From the NCBI GenBank assembly GCA_965226885.1, contig CBDDEL010000016.1, positions 512,001 to 576,000 of the forward strand: a DNA stretch of 64,000 nucleotides, read 5' to 3'. Both the position numbers and the translations under genes were made by a program. This stretch comes from Opitutales bacterium (lineage in GTDB: Bacteria > Verrucomicrobiota > Verrucomicrobiia > Opitutales > UBA2987). Positions 42,659 to 52,589 of this stretch are shown here, one piece after another. The notes below the pieces were generated by a model, which saw nothing but the letters and a program-made list of their open reading frames with translations, had not been told where the DNA came from and made no database searches. Numbering within the stretch: the stretch's first letter is position 1; every line of letters starts with the position of its first letter.

Positions 42659-43393
42659 ATGACAGTGGAAATAGAACGGATTCGTTTGCATAAATACCTG
42701 GCCAACGAGGGATTTTGCTCCCGCCGGGAGGCCGAGAGGTGGATTGGTGACGGCAAGATCAAGGTAAACGGCGTTACGGCCAAGATTGGCCAGAAAGTAG
42801 ATCCCGGTAAAGATATTATTACTGTCAGTGGAATTCCCGTTAAGCAGAGGCGGGCTTCCCCCGTAACGTTCATGTTGAACAAGCCCGCCGGTTTGGTTTG
42901 CAGCAACAAGGACCCCTTTCACAAGCAGACCGTCTTCGATCTGCTGCCCGCCCGCTACCGCCAACACCGGCTATTTTGCGCCGGAAGGCTGGACCTGGAG
43001 AGCGAGGGATTGCTTATCCTGACCAGCGACGGCGCCCTCGCCCAGCGCATCACCCATCCGCGCAATGAGATCATCAAGCGTTACCATGTATGGCTGAACA
43101 AACCGGCCGCCAACTCAGCCATTGCCGCCCTCTGTAGGGGAGTCCACATTGATGGCGAAAAACTGAAGGCCGAAAAAATTATTCCGATTGCTAAAGGAGC
43201 CCAGGCCGGCAAACAGTATGAGGTCCTCTTGAACCACGGACGCAAAAGGGAAATCCGCCGCATGTTCGAGCATTTCGGATGCTATGTCCGCCGCCTGCAG
43301 CGATATCAAATTGGCGGCTTGATTCTCCGGGGGCTGGGCTCGGGCCAATGCCGTCTTCTCACCGAAAAAGAAATAAATTTACTATTAGGCTGA
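42659..43393 (+). CDS. rRNA pseudouridine synthase (RsuA/RluB family)
   Basis: S4 domain RLHKYLA..SRREAE; GRLDLESEGL; GRKREIRRM. Confidence 0.92.
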   Translation: MTVEIERIRLHKYLANEGFCSRREAERWIGDGKIKVNGVTAKIGQKVDPGKDIITVSGIPVKQRRASPVTFMLNKPAGLVCSNKDPFHKQTVFDLLPARYRQHRLFCAGRLDLESEGLLILTSDGALAQRITHPRNEIIKRYHVWLNKPAANSAIAALCRGVHIDGEKLKAEKIIPIAKGAQAGKQYEVLLNHGRKREIRRMFEHFGCYVRRLQRYQIGGLILRGLGSGQCRLLTEKEINLLLG

Positions 43394-43445
43394 CAAAGCC
43401 ATTTTCTTGTGCCAATTTTAAAAGCAGAAACCACCGGATAATTAA

Positions 43446-44225
43446 ATGGGAAAAATAACCCTCCTCCTTCTCCTCTTGACGATTGCCCCCGCGATCTCAA
43501 ATGCCGCGGAAAATATCGCCCTTTACCTGGCTCCCGACGCCGGTTCGCATAAATTAGCCAATATAAATACTGAGGATAAACGCCTGGCTGGGGCCGACCC
43601 GGTCATGGACGAAGACAACCGGGCGGAGGGATGGTACTGGCTTGGTTACCAAGGCAATTTCAAAGGTTTCGTGGAACTTAAAGAGGTGGCCAAAGATTTA
43701 TCGGTCAGACCCGGTGCCCTCGTATACTTGCGAGCCTCTTCCTCCAGCCCTGTCCTGACCGTAATTACGACGGAGGATGCGGCCGAGTTGATCTATGCCG
43801 AGGACTGGGCTGAAATCAGCTTTTCAAAATCTCTACCCTTATATTTCAAACACCCGTCGAAAACCCTGCCCGTCCTCAGTTTTGGGGATGAAACAACCAG
43901 GACACAGCCCGATGGCTCCGCCCCGATTGCAATTCCCGGAATCGTTCCTTCCGTTTACGCTAACCCATCGGCCGAGAGCCCCCCGCGATATTTTGAAGGC
44001 ATCCTTGAAAATGCCACTGGCTGGATCGGGAAAAAGCCGAAGTTTAAGTTTCAATTGGTTACCGGGCGGGGCAAACGCATCGCCTATGTCGATATTACAT
44101 CGCTGCTGGTTACTAAACCGATAATATACTATCTGGAGAAAAAAGTGTTGATTTATGGAGGAGCCATCGGCCTGGACAACTCCAAAGAAATTGTCGTTTA
44201 TGTCCGCACGATCCGTCTGCATTAA
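43446..44225 (+). CDS. Exported hypothetical protein (SH3-like region possible)
   Basis: Signal peptide; clean 259-aa ORF. Confidence 0.7.
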   Translation: MGKITLLLLLLTIAPAISNAAENIALYLAPDAGSHKLANINTEDKRLAGADPVMDEDNRAEGWYWLGYQGNFKGFVELKEVAKDLSVRPGALVYLRASSSSPVLTVITTEDAAELIYAEDWAEISFSKSLPLYFKHPSKTLPVLSFGDETTRTQPDGSAPIAIPGIVPSVYANPSAESPPRYFEGILENATGWIGKKPKFKFQLVTGRGKRIAYVDITSLLVTKPIIYYLEKKVLIYGGAIGLDNSKEIVVYVRTIRLH

Positions 44226-44541
44226 TGGACTCATGGCAGGTTTCACGGAATAGTGAAATCGAATTAAATCCACTACAAATATCGGAAAATAATGAATTCC
44301 GTCCCGGTTTTGTTAAGTTTTATGTAAAAATCCTGTAATTTTTTCCGAAATAGGGATGGATTATCATAGAAATCTTGAACTTTATATCTTAAAAGTTAAT
44401 ATTCGCGTCTATATTTTCTTCTTGATTTAAAATTTTTAAAAGCAACACAGAGGGTCCAGAAAATACTTCATGGGAAAGATCCTAATCCCGCGAAACGGCG
44501 CGTGACAAGCGGGATTAATTTTTCATTTCTTCCTTTAATTG

Positions 44542-46049
44542 GAGGCTGTCCCAAAAGGGTGATTTTTGCGAGGGCTTTTGCGAGGGCTTTTGATAGGCGC
44601 TCATTTTAGAGGTATTTGCATTTGGGAGAGTATCAACTTTGCTCTCCTATGACGTTAGGATACTGGTTTTGGGGTCCGGTTGCCTGGTTTTCTTTGTATG
44701 AGCCGACAGTAAGGCTGTGAAAAAGTATTGTCCTTGCTTTTCCGCTCTCTAGGCCGCCGCTTTGGTTTTTAGTTCGTCTTGCTGGGCCAGCATCTTGGCT
44801 ACTTTCCATAGGTTGTGCGAGAGTACCGACCAGGCTACGCTGATCGAGCGGTTGGCAAAGCCTTTGCTGCGCAACCGCCCGGCCTGCCAGCGATTCTTCA
44901 ATACCCCGATCCGCCCTTCGGTGCTGGCCCGGCGCTTTTGCAATTGTCTGAACAGTGGTTCCTCCATCCGTTTTTTCAACTGCTTCGGAGCCCGTGCACA
45001 GAGCGCGTCGTAGATTCCCTCCTGGGCTAACTGCCGGCGGGCCCGCTGGGAGGCAAATCCCCGGTCCGCGCACATGGCCGCTATGGGTTCTTCCAGGTTG
45101 AAGCGGTTCTGTCTTTGCAAACTCTCTTGCATTTGTTCATTTTCGCTTGGAGTTCGGCTGCCGTAGAGTTTCCAGTCCAGCAGGTACCCTTCAACGCTTT
45201 CTCCCAAAAACAGGGTGTTGCCGAACTCGACCTCTTGGCCCGCTTTACCTCGCACAATCACCTGCACATCGAGTTCGTAAACACTCAAGACTTTCTCTGC
45301 GTTTTTCACCTGGCGGCCGCCAATGATCCGCTCGTGCGCCTGTTTGATGACCACCGGGATTTGCTCGCTCATGCGCTCCATCCGGGCGAGGATCTGTTGG
45401 ACCTGTTTTTCGCTATAATCGCTTTGCTCCCAGCAGGCTTGCAATAATTCCCGGTGACTGCGGGCATGCTCCCCGATCCGTTTGAGCAGCTTTTTCATCT
45501 GCCTCAAGATACCCTTGCGCTGCCGCGCGCTGTCCTTTCGCCGCCGGCTGTGGGTCATCTGTATGCACAGCCGATTCATCTGCCGAGCCAAGGGCTCCGG
45601 TTCGATCGGCATGCGATGGCGCACACCGGCCTTCTCGCGGATCAGCCGGATCGCTTTGAGCAACGTGCCGGCTACATCCTTGAGTAATACCCAGTCCGTC
45701 GGCCAATGAATGTTAGCCTCCAAACAGGTGCCGTCGATCAGGCAAATGGTGGTGTCAATCGGCTTGTCCAATCCCACCTGCCGGGCCAGAAGGGCATCGC
45801 CCACCACCTCAGCCAAGGTCCGGTGCAAGGCCCTCAACTGCTCTTCGCTGAAAAACTTCGAGGCCCGCTCCAGGGTGCTTTTGGAGATGCCCCTGATGCC
45901 ATCGATCTGCCGGACACGGCAAAAGTCGGCCAACAGATCGCTGCTGCCCAGAGCCCGCGACAAATGCCGAAACGAAATCCCTCCGAGCAGACGGCCCAGC
46001 GTATCCATGCGCAGTGCCTTGATGGCAAAACTGGCCCGCTGCCGCCGGG
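44542..46049 (-). mobile_element. IS5/ISNCY-like element, copy 2, 5'-truncated at IS3
   Basis: One IR (GAGGCTGTCCCAAAA) plus transposase fragment 44749-46049. Confidence 0.9.
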
Positions 46050-46227
46050 TGATGTGCACTGGAAAAAGTGGACACGAGATTCTCCTAAATGGAGAATCGA
46101 AGCATGGGAAGAAGACGCTTTAGTATAGAGTTCAAAAATGAGGCAGTTCAACTGATGATACTTGAAATGGACGGGGAAAACTGGACAGTGGAATAAGGTG
46201 GTCTTGAACCACTAAATCCGCTAACCT

Positions 46228-46533
46228 ATGAATGTTATTAAATCACGAAAGAGAAGACAATACAGTGCTGAGTTTAAAGCCCGAGTGGCCCTGGAAGCCA
46301 TCAGGGGCGCTCATACCATCAACGAGATCGCCGGTCGTTTTGAGGTGCATCCCAACCAGGTGACCCAATGGAAGAAGCAGCTTTTGCAGGGAGCAACGGA
46401 GCTGTTTTCGCGCCAGCGGCAGACTCTCAGCAAGGACAACGAGACGGAAAAAGATCACCTTTACCAGGAGATTGGAAAGCTGAAAGTAGAATGCGATTGG
46501 CTAAAAAAAAAGTCTGAACAATTCGGTTGGTGA
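46228..46533 (+). CDS. IS3 type B OrfA
   Basis: YSAEFKARVALEA, VHPNQVTQWKK; A-run at WLKKK. Confidence 0.92.
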   Translation: MNVIKSRKRRQYSAEFKARVALEAIRGAHTINEIAGRFEVHPNQVTQWKKQLLQGATELFSRQRQTLSKDNETEKDHLYQEIGKLKVECDWLKKKSEQFGW

Positions 46534-46543
46534 GAGGCGCAAG

Positions 46544-47407
46544 ATGGTGCAACCACTTCAAGGAAAAATCAGTATCGGCAGGCAATGTCAGTTGCTGGGG
46601 CTGGCCCGCGGCAGCTATTACTATCGGGCCCGTGCCCAGTGCGAGCAGAACGTTCTCTACATGCATCGCATGGATGAGCTCTACACCCAATATCCGTTTT
46701 TTGGTTCTCGCCGGATGACCCAGTGGCTGCGTCGAGAGGGCCATGCAGTGGGACGAGGCCGCATCCAGCGGCTCATGCGCCAAATGGGCCTGGAGGCTAT
46801 TTATCCGCGTCGAAACTTGAGCCAGGGGCACCGGCAGCACCGCATTTTCCCTTATCTGCTGCGGGGTTTGGCGGTCGAGCGGCCCGACCAGGTATGGTGC
46901 AGCGACATCACTTACCTGCGGCTGAGCCGAGGATTCCTTTTCTTGACCGTGGTGTTGGACTGGTTCAGCCGCTACGTGTTGAGCTGGCAGCTTTCCAACA
47001 CCCTGGAGAGCCGCTTCTGTGTGCTCGCCCTGGAGGAAGCTCTGAGGCGGGCCCAACCTCAAATCTTCAACACCGATCAAGGCAGCCAGTTTACCGGCAG
47101 CGAGTTCACCTCGGTGCTGGGGCAAGCCGGGGTGCGCATCAGCATGGACGGGCGTGGCCGCTACCTGGACAACATATTTGTTGAACGCTTTTGGAGAACC
47201 CTCAAGTATGAAGACATTTACCTGCGCGAATACGCCACGGCAAAGGAAGCCAGCGAAGGGATAGCCCGCTACCTGGACTTCTACAACCACCTGCGCCCCC
47301 ACCAAGCCCTGGGCTACCGGACCCCGGCCGAAGTCCATGCAATCGGAGCAAAACCAACCTCCCCGCCAATACAGCTTGCGGGCACCTGCGTGCCCGTCTT
47401 TGGCTAA
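46544..47407 (+). CDS. IS3 type B OrfB
   Basis: WCSDITY, FNTDQGSQF, DNIFVERFWRTLKYE. Confidence 0.92.
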   Translation: MVQPLQGKISIGRQCQLLGLARGSYYYRARAQCEQNVLYMHRMDELYTQYPFFGSRRMTQWLRREGHAVGRGRIQRLMRQMGLEAIYPRRNLSQGHRQHRIFPYLLRGLAVERPDQVWCSDITYLRLSRGFLFLTVVLDWFSRYVLSWQLSNTLESRFCVLALEEALRRAQPQIFNTDQGSQFTGSEFTSVLGQAGVRISMDGRGRYLDNIFVERFWRTLKYEDIYLREYATAKEASEGIARYLDFYNHLRPHQALGYRTPAEVHAIGAKPTSPPIQLAGTCVPVFG

Positions 47408-48455
47408 GGACAAAATATATTTTTAAAAAATAATATGAACACGATTTCCACCTTAATCCCACGTCAAAATTGTCCAAACAACCCCGTCCACTTCAACTCG
47501 ATGGTCTGAGCGCCACCGAGGTATCGACCAAACTTGGGGTCAACACCAACCAATTGTATAGGTGGAAGAGGCTCTATCTGGACGATCAGCAGGGCGGATC
47601 GAGGACGAGGGAATCAAGGGGGCGATCCTGAAGGTACACAAAGAGGCCAAGGGCCGCTATGGGCATCGGCCAATGCACCGCCATCTGAAGGATGATGAGG
47701 GCATCGATTGCGGCCGTGACCGGGCTCTGCGTCTGATGCGTGAAATGGGAATCAAAAGCACCCAGAGTAAACGCTTTAAGCCATTAAAAACCAACAGTAA
47801 CCATCCCTATGGTTACAGCCCCAATGTGCTTAAAAAGCATGGCCAGCCGACCCATATCGACGAGGTCTGGGTGGCGGACACGACCTACCTACGGACCCTG
47901 GCCGGTTGGATGTACTTGGCCACGGTGATGGACCTGTTCAGCCGACGCCTGCTGGGCTGGAGCGTTTCCAACCACAACGACGCGAAGCTGGTTGGCAAGG
48001 CCCTCAAAGCCGCGGCCATGACCCGCGGCACACTGCGCACCGGGATTATTCATCACAGCGATCGGGGCAGCCCCTACGCCAGCGACGACTATCAGAGGCT
48101 GGTCTCTGAACTAGGCATGAAGCCGAGCATGAGCGCCCAAGGCAACTGCTACGACAACGCGGCCATGGAATCGTTCTACGGCCGCTTCAAGACCAGCACG
48201 ATTCGAGGCCGCCACTTTGCCGACGAGCGCGAACTGCGATCAACTGTCTTCGAATACGTGGAAATCTTCTACAACCGATATCGCAAACATTCCTCTCTGA
48301 GTTACCAAAGCCCAGTCCAATTCGAGGAAAATATTTGCCCCCCATGGGGGGCAACGAGAAAACAAAACCCTTTACCAAAACAAGCCGCCTGACACACTAA
48401 TCAATAAACAATGAATATAAGAGAATCCCGTGTCCAACAAATCCAGTACACGTCA

Positions 48456-48793
48456 TGAAGCCGAGCATGAGCGCCCAAGGCAACTGCTACGACAACGCGG
48501 CCATGGAATCGTTCTACGGCCGCTTCAAGACCAGCACGATTCGAGGCCGCCACTTTGCCGACGAGCGCGAACTGCGATCAACTGTCTTCGAATACGTGGA
48601 AATCTTCTACAACCGATATCGCAAACATTCCTCTCTGAGTTACCAAAGCCCAGTCCAATTCGAGGAAAATATTTGCCCCCCATGGGGGGCAACGAGAAAA
48701 CAAAACCCTTTACCAAAACAAGCCGCCTGACACACTAATCAATAAACAATGAATATAAGAGAATCCCGTGTCCAACAAATCCAGTACACGTCA
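48456..48793 (+). mobile_element. IS3 type A 3' fragment
   Basis: Repeat of the last 338 bp of the element, including the right IR. Confidence 0.9.
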
Positions 48794-49060
48794 CATTGCC
48801 ATTGATGAGCCACCCTTCCACACCCCACATTCAACCATAGCTCCACCTATTTCGTTCTTCACAACATATTGAACCGCATCAATCAGCGCATTCACTCTTT
48901 CTGGCTTTGTCATGGTATAGGGTTTTACAATTTGATAGATCCCTATATTTAGGTTGCTGAAATCAGGTGGGTTGTCCGAGTTTTTCCTTGGATATCGAAC
49001 GATGTCAAATCCAGCCCTCTGTATCAGTGGTTGAATGATGGTTGTGAAGATTCTTTTCAT
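48794..49060 (-). pseudogene. TylF/MycF-family O-methyltransferase, 5' fragment
   Basis: VKPYTMT..ER, IGGAMVECGVWKGGS; cut by IS3. Confidence 0.85.
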
Positions 49061-49084
49061 TATTTCTTCTTGTGTTGTTTGGCC

Positions 49085-49148
49085 ATCTAACGTGTAGGCT
49101 GACAGACGGCGGCGCTAACCGGCGTTATCGTCGAGCCGCTTGTTCGCA
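49085..49148 (-). other. attC site (64 bp)
   Basis: TGCGAAC-5 nt-GCT[C]GACG-24 nt-TGTCAGC-6 nt-GTTAGAT, 24 nt before the TylF ATG. Confidence 0.75.
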
Positions 49149-49225
49149 GCTAATACCATATCTTGAAGTGGACGGGGTTGTTTGGACAATTTTGACGTGG
49201 GATTAAGGTGGAAATCGTGTTCATA

Positions 49226-50116
49226 TTATTTTTTAAAAATATATTTTGTCCTTAGCCAAAGACGGGCACGCAGGTGCCCGCAAGCTGTATTGGCGGGGAG
49301 GTTGGTTTTGCTCCGATTGCATGGACTTCGGGCCGGGGTCCGGTAGCCCAGGGCTTGGTGGGGGCGCAGGTGGTTGTAGAAGTCCAGGTAGCGGGCTATC
49401 CCTTCGCTGGCTTCCTTTGCCGTGGCGTATTCGCGCAGGTAAATGTCTTCATACTTGAGGGTTCTCCAAAAGCGTTCAACAAATATGTTGTCCAGGTAGC
49501 GGCCACGCCCGTCCATGCTGATGCGCACCCCGGCTTGCCCCAGCACCGAGGTGAACTCGCTGCCGGTAAACTGGCTGCCTTGATCGGTGTTGAAGATTTG
49601 AGGTTGGGCCCGCCTCAGAGCTTCCTCCAGGGCGAGCACACAGAAGCGGCTCTCCAGGGTGTTGGAAAGCTGCCAGCTCAACACGTAGCGGCTGAACCAG
49701 TCCAACACCACGGTCAAGAAAAGGAATCCTCGGCTCAGCCGCAGGTAAGTGATGTCGCTGCACCATACCTGGTCGGGCCGCTCGACCGCCAAACCCCGCA
49801 GCAGATAAGGGAAAATGCGGTGCTGCCGGTGCCCCTGGCTCAAGTTTCGACGCGGATAAATAGCCTCCAGGCCCATTTGGCGCATGAGCCGCTGGATGCG
49901 GCCTCGTCCCACTGCATGGCCCTCTCGACGCAGCCACTGGGTCATCCGGCGAGAACCAAAAAACGGATATTGGGTGTAGAGCTCATCCATGCGATGCATG
50001 TAGAGAACGTTCTGCTCGCACTGGGCACGGGCCCGATAGTAATAGCTGCCGCGGGCCAGCCCCAGCAACTGACATTGCCTGCCGATACTGATTTTTCCTT
50101 GAAGTGGTTGCACCAT
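49226..50116 (-). CDS. IS3 type B OrfB (1-nt insertion alters the C-terminal tail)
   Basis: Identical to 46544-47407 up to YRTPA. Confidence 0.88.
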   Translation of the reverse strand: MVQPLQGKISIGRQCQLLGLARGSYYYRARAQCEQNVLYMHRMDELYTQYPFFGSRRMTQWLRREGHAVGRGRIQRLMRQMGLEAIYPRRNLSQGHRQHRIFPYLLRGLAVERPDQVWCSDITYLRLSRGFLFLTVVLDWFSRYVLSWQLSNTLESRFCVLALEEALRRAQPQIFNTDQGSQFTGSEFTSVLGQAGVRISMDGRGRYLDNIFVERFWRTLKYEDIYLREYATAKEASEGIARYLDFYNHLRPHQALGYRTPARSPCNRSKTNLPANTACGHLRARLWLRTKYIFKK

Positions 50117-50126
50117 CTTGCGCCTC

Positions 50127-50432
50127 TCACCAACCGAATTGTTCAGACTTTTTTTTTAGCCAATCGCATTCTACTTTCAGCTTTCCAATCTCCTGGTAAA
50201 GGTGATCTTTTTCCGTCTCGTTGTCCTTGCTGAGAGTCTGCCGCTGGCGCGAAAACAGCTCCGTTGCTCCCTGCAAAAGCTGCTTCTTCCATTGGGTCAC
50301 CTGGTTGGGATGCACCTCAAAACGACCGGCGATCTCGTTGATGGTATGAGCGCCCCTGATGGCTTCCAGGGCCACTCGGGCTTTAAACTCAGCACTGTAT
50401 TGTCTTCTCTTTCGTGATTTAATAACATTCAT
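50127..50432 (-). CDS. IS3 type B OrfA
   Basis: Identical to 46228-46533. Confidence 0.92.
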   Translation of the reverse strand: MNVIKSRKRRQYSAEFKARVALEAIRGAHTINEIAGRFEVHPNQVTQWKKQLLQGATELFSRQRQTLSKDNETEKDHLYQEIGKLKVECDWLKKKSEQFGW

Positions 50433-51077
50433 AGGTTAGCGGATTTAGTGGTTCAAGACCACCTTATTCCACTGTCCAGTTTTCCCCGTCCATTTCATCT
50501 GTGCATCTCTTTCCAAGTGCCCTCGATCAATTCAATAATCGATGCCCCCCAAAGGTAATAGTGTCTGGAAATTTCTCTGAACCGAGATTTCCCATATGAA
50601 CATTCATAATCGTTGAAAATTGCTACTTTCCAATATTTCGATCCAATTTTTTGCTTTCATTGCGATTTGGCAATCGTTTTTTGGTATCTGCCTTTCGATT
50701 AGTGAACCTTCCGCCCTGCCTGGACAAGATCAGGCAACAGGAAACAGAACTTCAAAAAGCTGATAATCCAGACGAACCAGGAGACGTAAACAATGTATAT
50801 GGGCGTCAGGTTCATACCGCCAAGCAAGATCACTGAGATTGCCATTACCTGACCGCAGATGCTCATTGCCAATTCCTTCGCCCAGCGGGGAATGCGTCTG
50901 ACAAAAAAGCTGTGTCAGTCTGTTTCGAATCCAATTGACGAAATCGCTGAAGTTCCGTACATTTGGAGGCGTTTATTGGTGACGCTGAACGATCTCATCT
51001 GCTAGCCTGTACGACCGAAGACGGGATTTCGCTGTCATGGACCGGGTCAAGTCATATTCAAACAAGGAGAAATAGAT

Positions 51078-51182
51078 ATGGGTTTCAAAGGGAAAAAAGA
51101 TAAGGGCAAAAGGGAAAAACAAAAAAAGGCCATGCTTAGTCCAAAGGAAAAACGAAAATTGAAAAAAGAAAAGAAGAAATAA
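51078..51182 (+). CDS. Small lysine-rich protein (34 aa)
   Basis: AAGGAGA RBS 7 nt upstream; MGFKGKKDKGKREKQKKAMLSPKEKRKLKKEKKK. Confidence 0.7.
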   Translation: MGFKGKKDKGKREKQKKAMLSPKEKRKLKKEKKK

Positions 51183-51366
51183 ATGCGCAGTGCAAACCGT
51201 TGCAAATAGCGGCCAGACATTGCCGCTTTATAGTCTTTTTAAGCCTGCAAAAGCTCAGGCTTGTTCATTTTCCAGGCGGCAGCCCCAGCTAACAGGGTCA
51301 TCAATACGATGATGCCCCATTCGTTCATGATGTGCACTGGAAAAAGTGGACACGAGATTCTCCTAA

Positions 51367-51675
51367 ATGGAGAATCGAAGCATGGGAAGAAGACGCAGTA
51401 TAGAGTTCAAAAATGAGGCAGTTCAACTGATGATACTCGATGGTCTGAGCGCCACCGAGGTATCGACCAAACTTGGGGTCAACACCAACCAATTGTATAG
51501 GTGGAAGAGGCTCTATCTGGACGATCAGCAGGGCGAAGCCACCTCAAAGCGACAGAGCAGTCCGAAGGAGATGGCGGCCGAGATAGATCGTCTTCGCAAA
51601 GAGCTGCGCCGCTCGGAGCGGATCAACCAGATACTAAAAAAAACGGTGGGCTACTTTGCCAAGGACGAACAATGA
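51367..51675 (+). CDS. IS3 OrfA
   Basis: Identical to 14700-15008. Confidence 0.92.
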   Translation: MENRSMGRRRSIEFKNEAVQLMILDGLSATEVSTKLGVNTNQLYRWKRLYLDDQQGEATSKRQSSPKEMAAEIDRLRKELRRSERINQILKKTVGYFAKDEQ

Positions 51676-52589
51676 AGTACCAGTTTGTCAAAGACAACGA
51701 GGGGCGCTTCAAGATCGAGGAAATATGCTCGGCGATGGGGATTTGTCGCAGTGGCTATTACTGCTGGAGGCACCGAGCGCCCTCGGCCCGGCGGATCGAG
51801 GACGAGGGAATCAAGGGGGCGATCCTGAAGGTACACAAAGAGGCCAAGGGCCGCTATGGGCATCGGCCAATGCACCGCCATCTGAAGGATGATGAGGGCA
51901 TCGATTGCGGCCGTGACCGGGCTCTGCGTCTGATGCGTGAAATGGGAATCAAAAGCACCCAGAGTAAACGCTTTAAGCCATTAAAAACCAACAGTAACCA
52001 TCCCTATGGTTACAGCCCCAATGTGCTTAAAAAGCATGGCCAGCCGACCCATATCGACGAGGTCTGGGTGGCGGACACGACCTACCTACGGACCCTGGCC
52101 GGTTGGATGTACTTGGCCACGGTGATGGACCTGTTCAGCCGACGCCTGCTGGGCTGGAGCGTTTCCAACCACAACGACGCGAAGCTGGTTGGCAAGGCCC
52201 TCAAAGCCGCGGCCATGACCCGCGGCACACTGCGCACCGGGATTATTCATCACAGCGATCGGGGCAGCCCCTACGCCAGCGACGACTATCAGAGGCTGGT
52301 CTCTGAACTAGACATGAAGCCGAGCATGAGCGGCCAAGGCAACTGCTACGACAACGCGGCCATGGAATCGTTCTACGGCCGCTTCAAGACCAGCACGATT
52401 CGAGGCCGCCACTTTGCCGACGAGCGCGAACTGCGATCAACTGTCTTCGAATACGTGGAAATCTTCTACAACCGATATCGCAAACATTCCTCTCTGAGTT
52501 ACCAAAGCCCAGTCCAATTCGAGGAAAATATTTGCCCCCCATGGGGGGCAACGAGAAAACAAAACCCTTTACCAAAACAAGCCGCCTGA
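51672..52589 (+). CDS. IS3 OrfB
   Basis: DDE motifs; two amino-acid differences from the other copies. Confidence 0.93.
   Translation: MKYQFVKDNEGRFKIEEICSAMGICRSGYYCWRHRAPSARRIEDEGIKGAILKVHKEAKGRYGHRPMHRHLKDDEGIDCGRDRALRLMREMGIKSTQSKRFKPLKTNSNHPYGYSPNVLKKHGQPTHIDEVWVADTTYLRTLAGWMYLATVMDLFSRRLLGWSVSNHNDAKLVGKALKAAAMTRGTLRTGIIHHSDRGSPYASDDYQRLVSELDMKPSMSGQGNCYDNAAMESFYGRFKTSTIRGRHFADERELRSTVFEYVEIFYNRYRKHSSLSYQSPVQFEENICPPWGATRKQNPLPKQAA

Larger units (their letters stand above)
46163..47495 (+). mobile_element. IS3-family element, type B
   Basis: IRs TGAAATGGACGGGG / CCCCGTCCACTTCA; 3-bp TSD ACT. Confidence 0.94.
46050..48455 (+). mobile_element. IS3 type A, interrupted by IS3 type B and internally deleted
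   Basis: Both ends present; 258-bp deletion at ~47596 at a GGCG microhomology. Confidence 0.9.
49164..50497 (-). mobile_element. IS3-family element, type B
   Basis: Same IRs as 46163-47495; 3-bp TSD TCT. Confidence 0.94.

Noticed and set aside
48456..48793. Independent small gene (ORFs 48430-48738 and 48455-48730)
   Set aside because: It is an exact repeat of the IS3 3' end.
50498..50950. Possible cassette genes on the minus strand upstream of the attC
   Set aside because: Frames are interrupted by stops and no family is recognisable; the expected upstream core GTTCGCA was not found.
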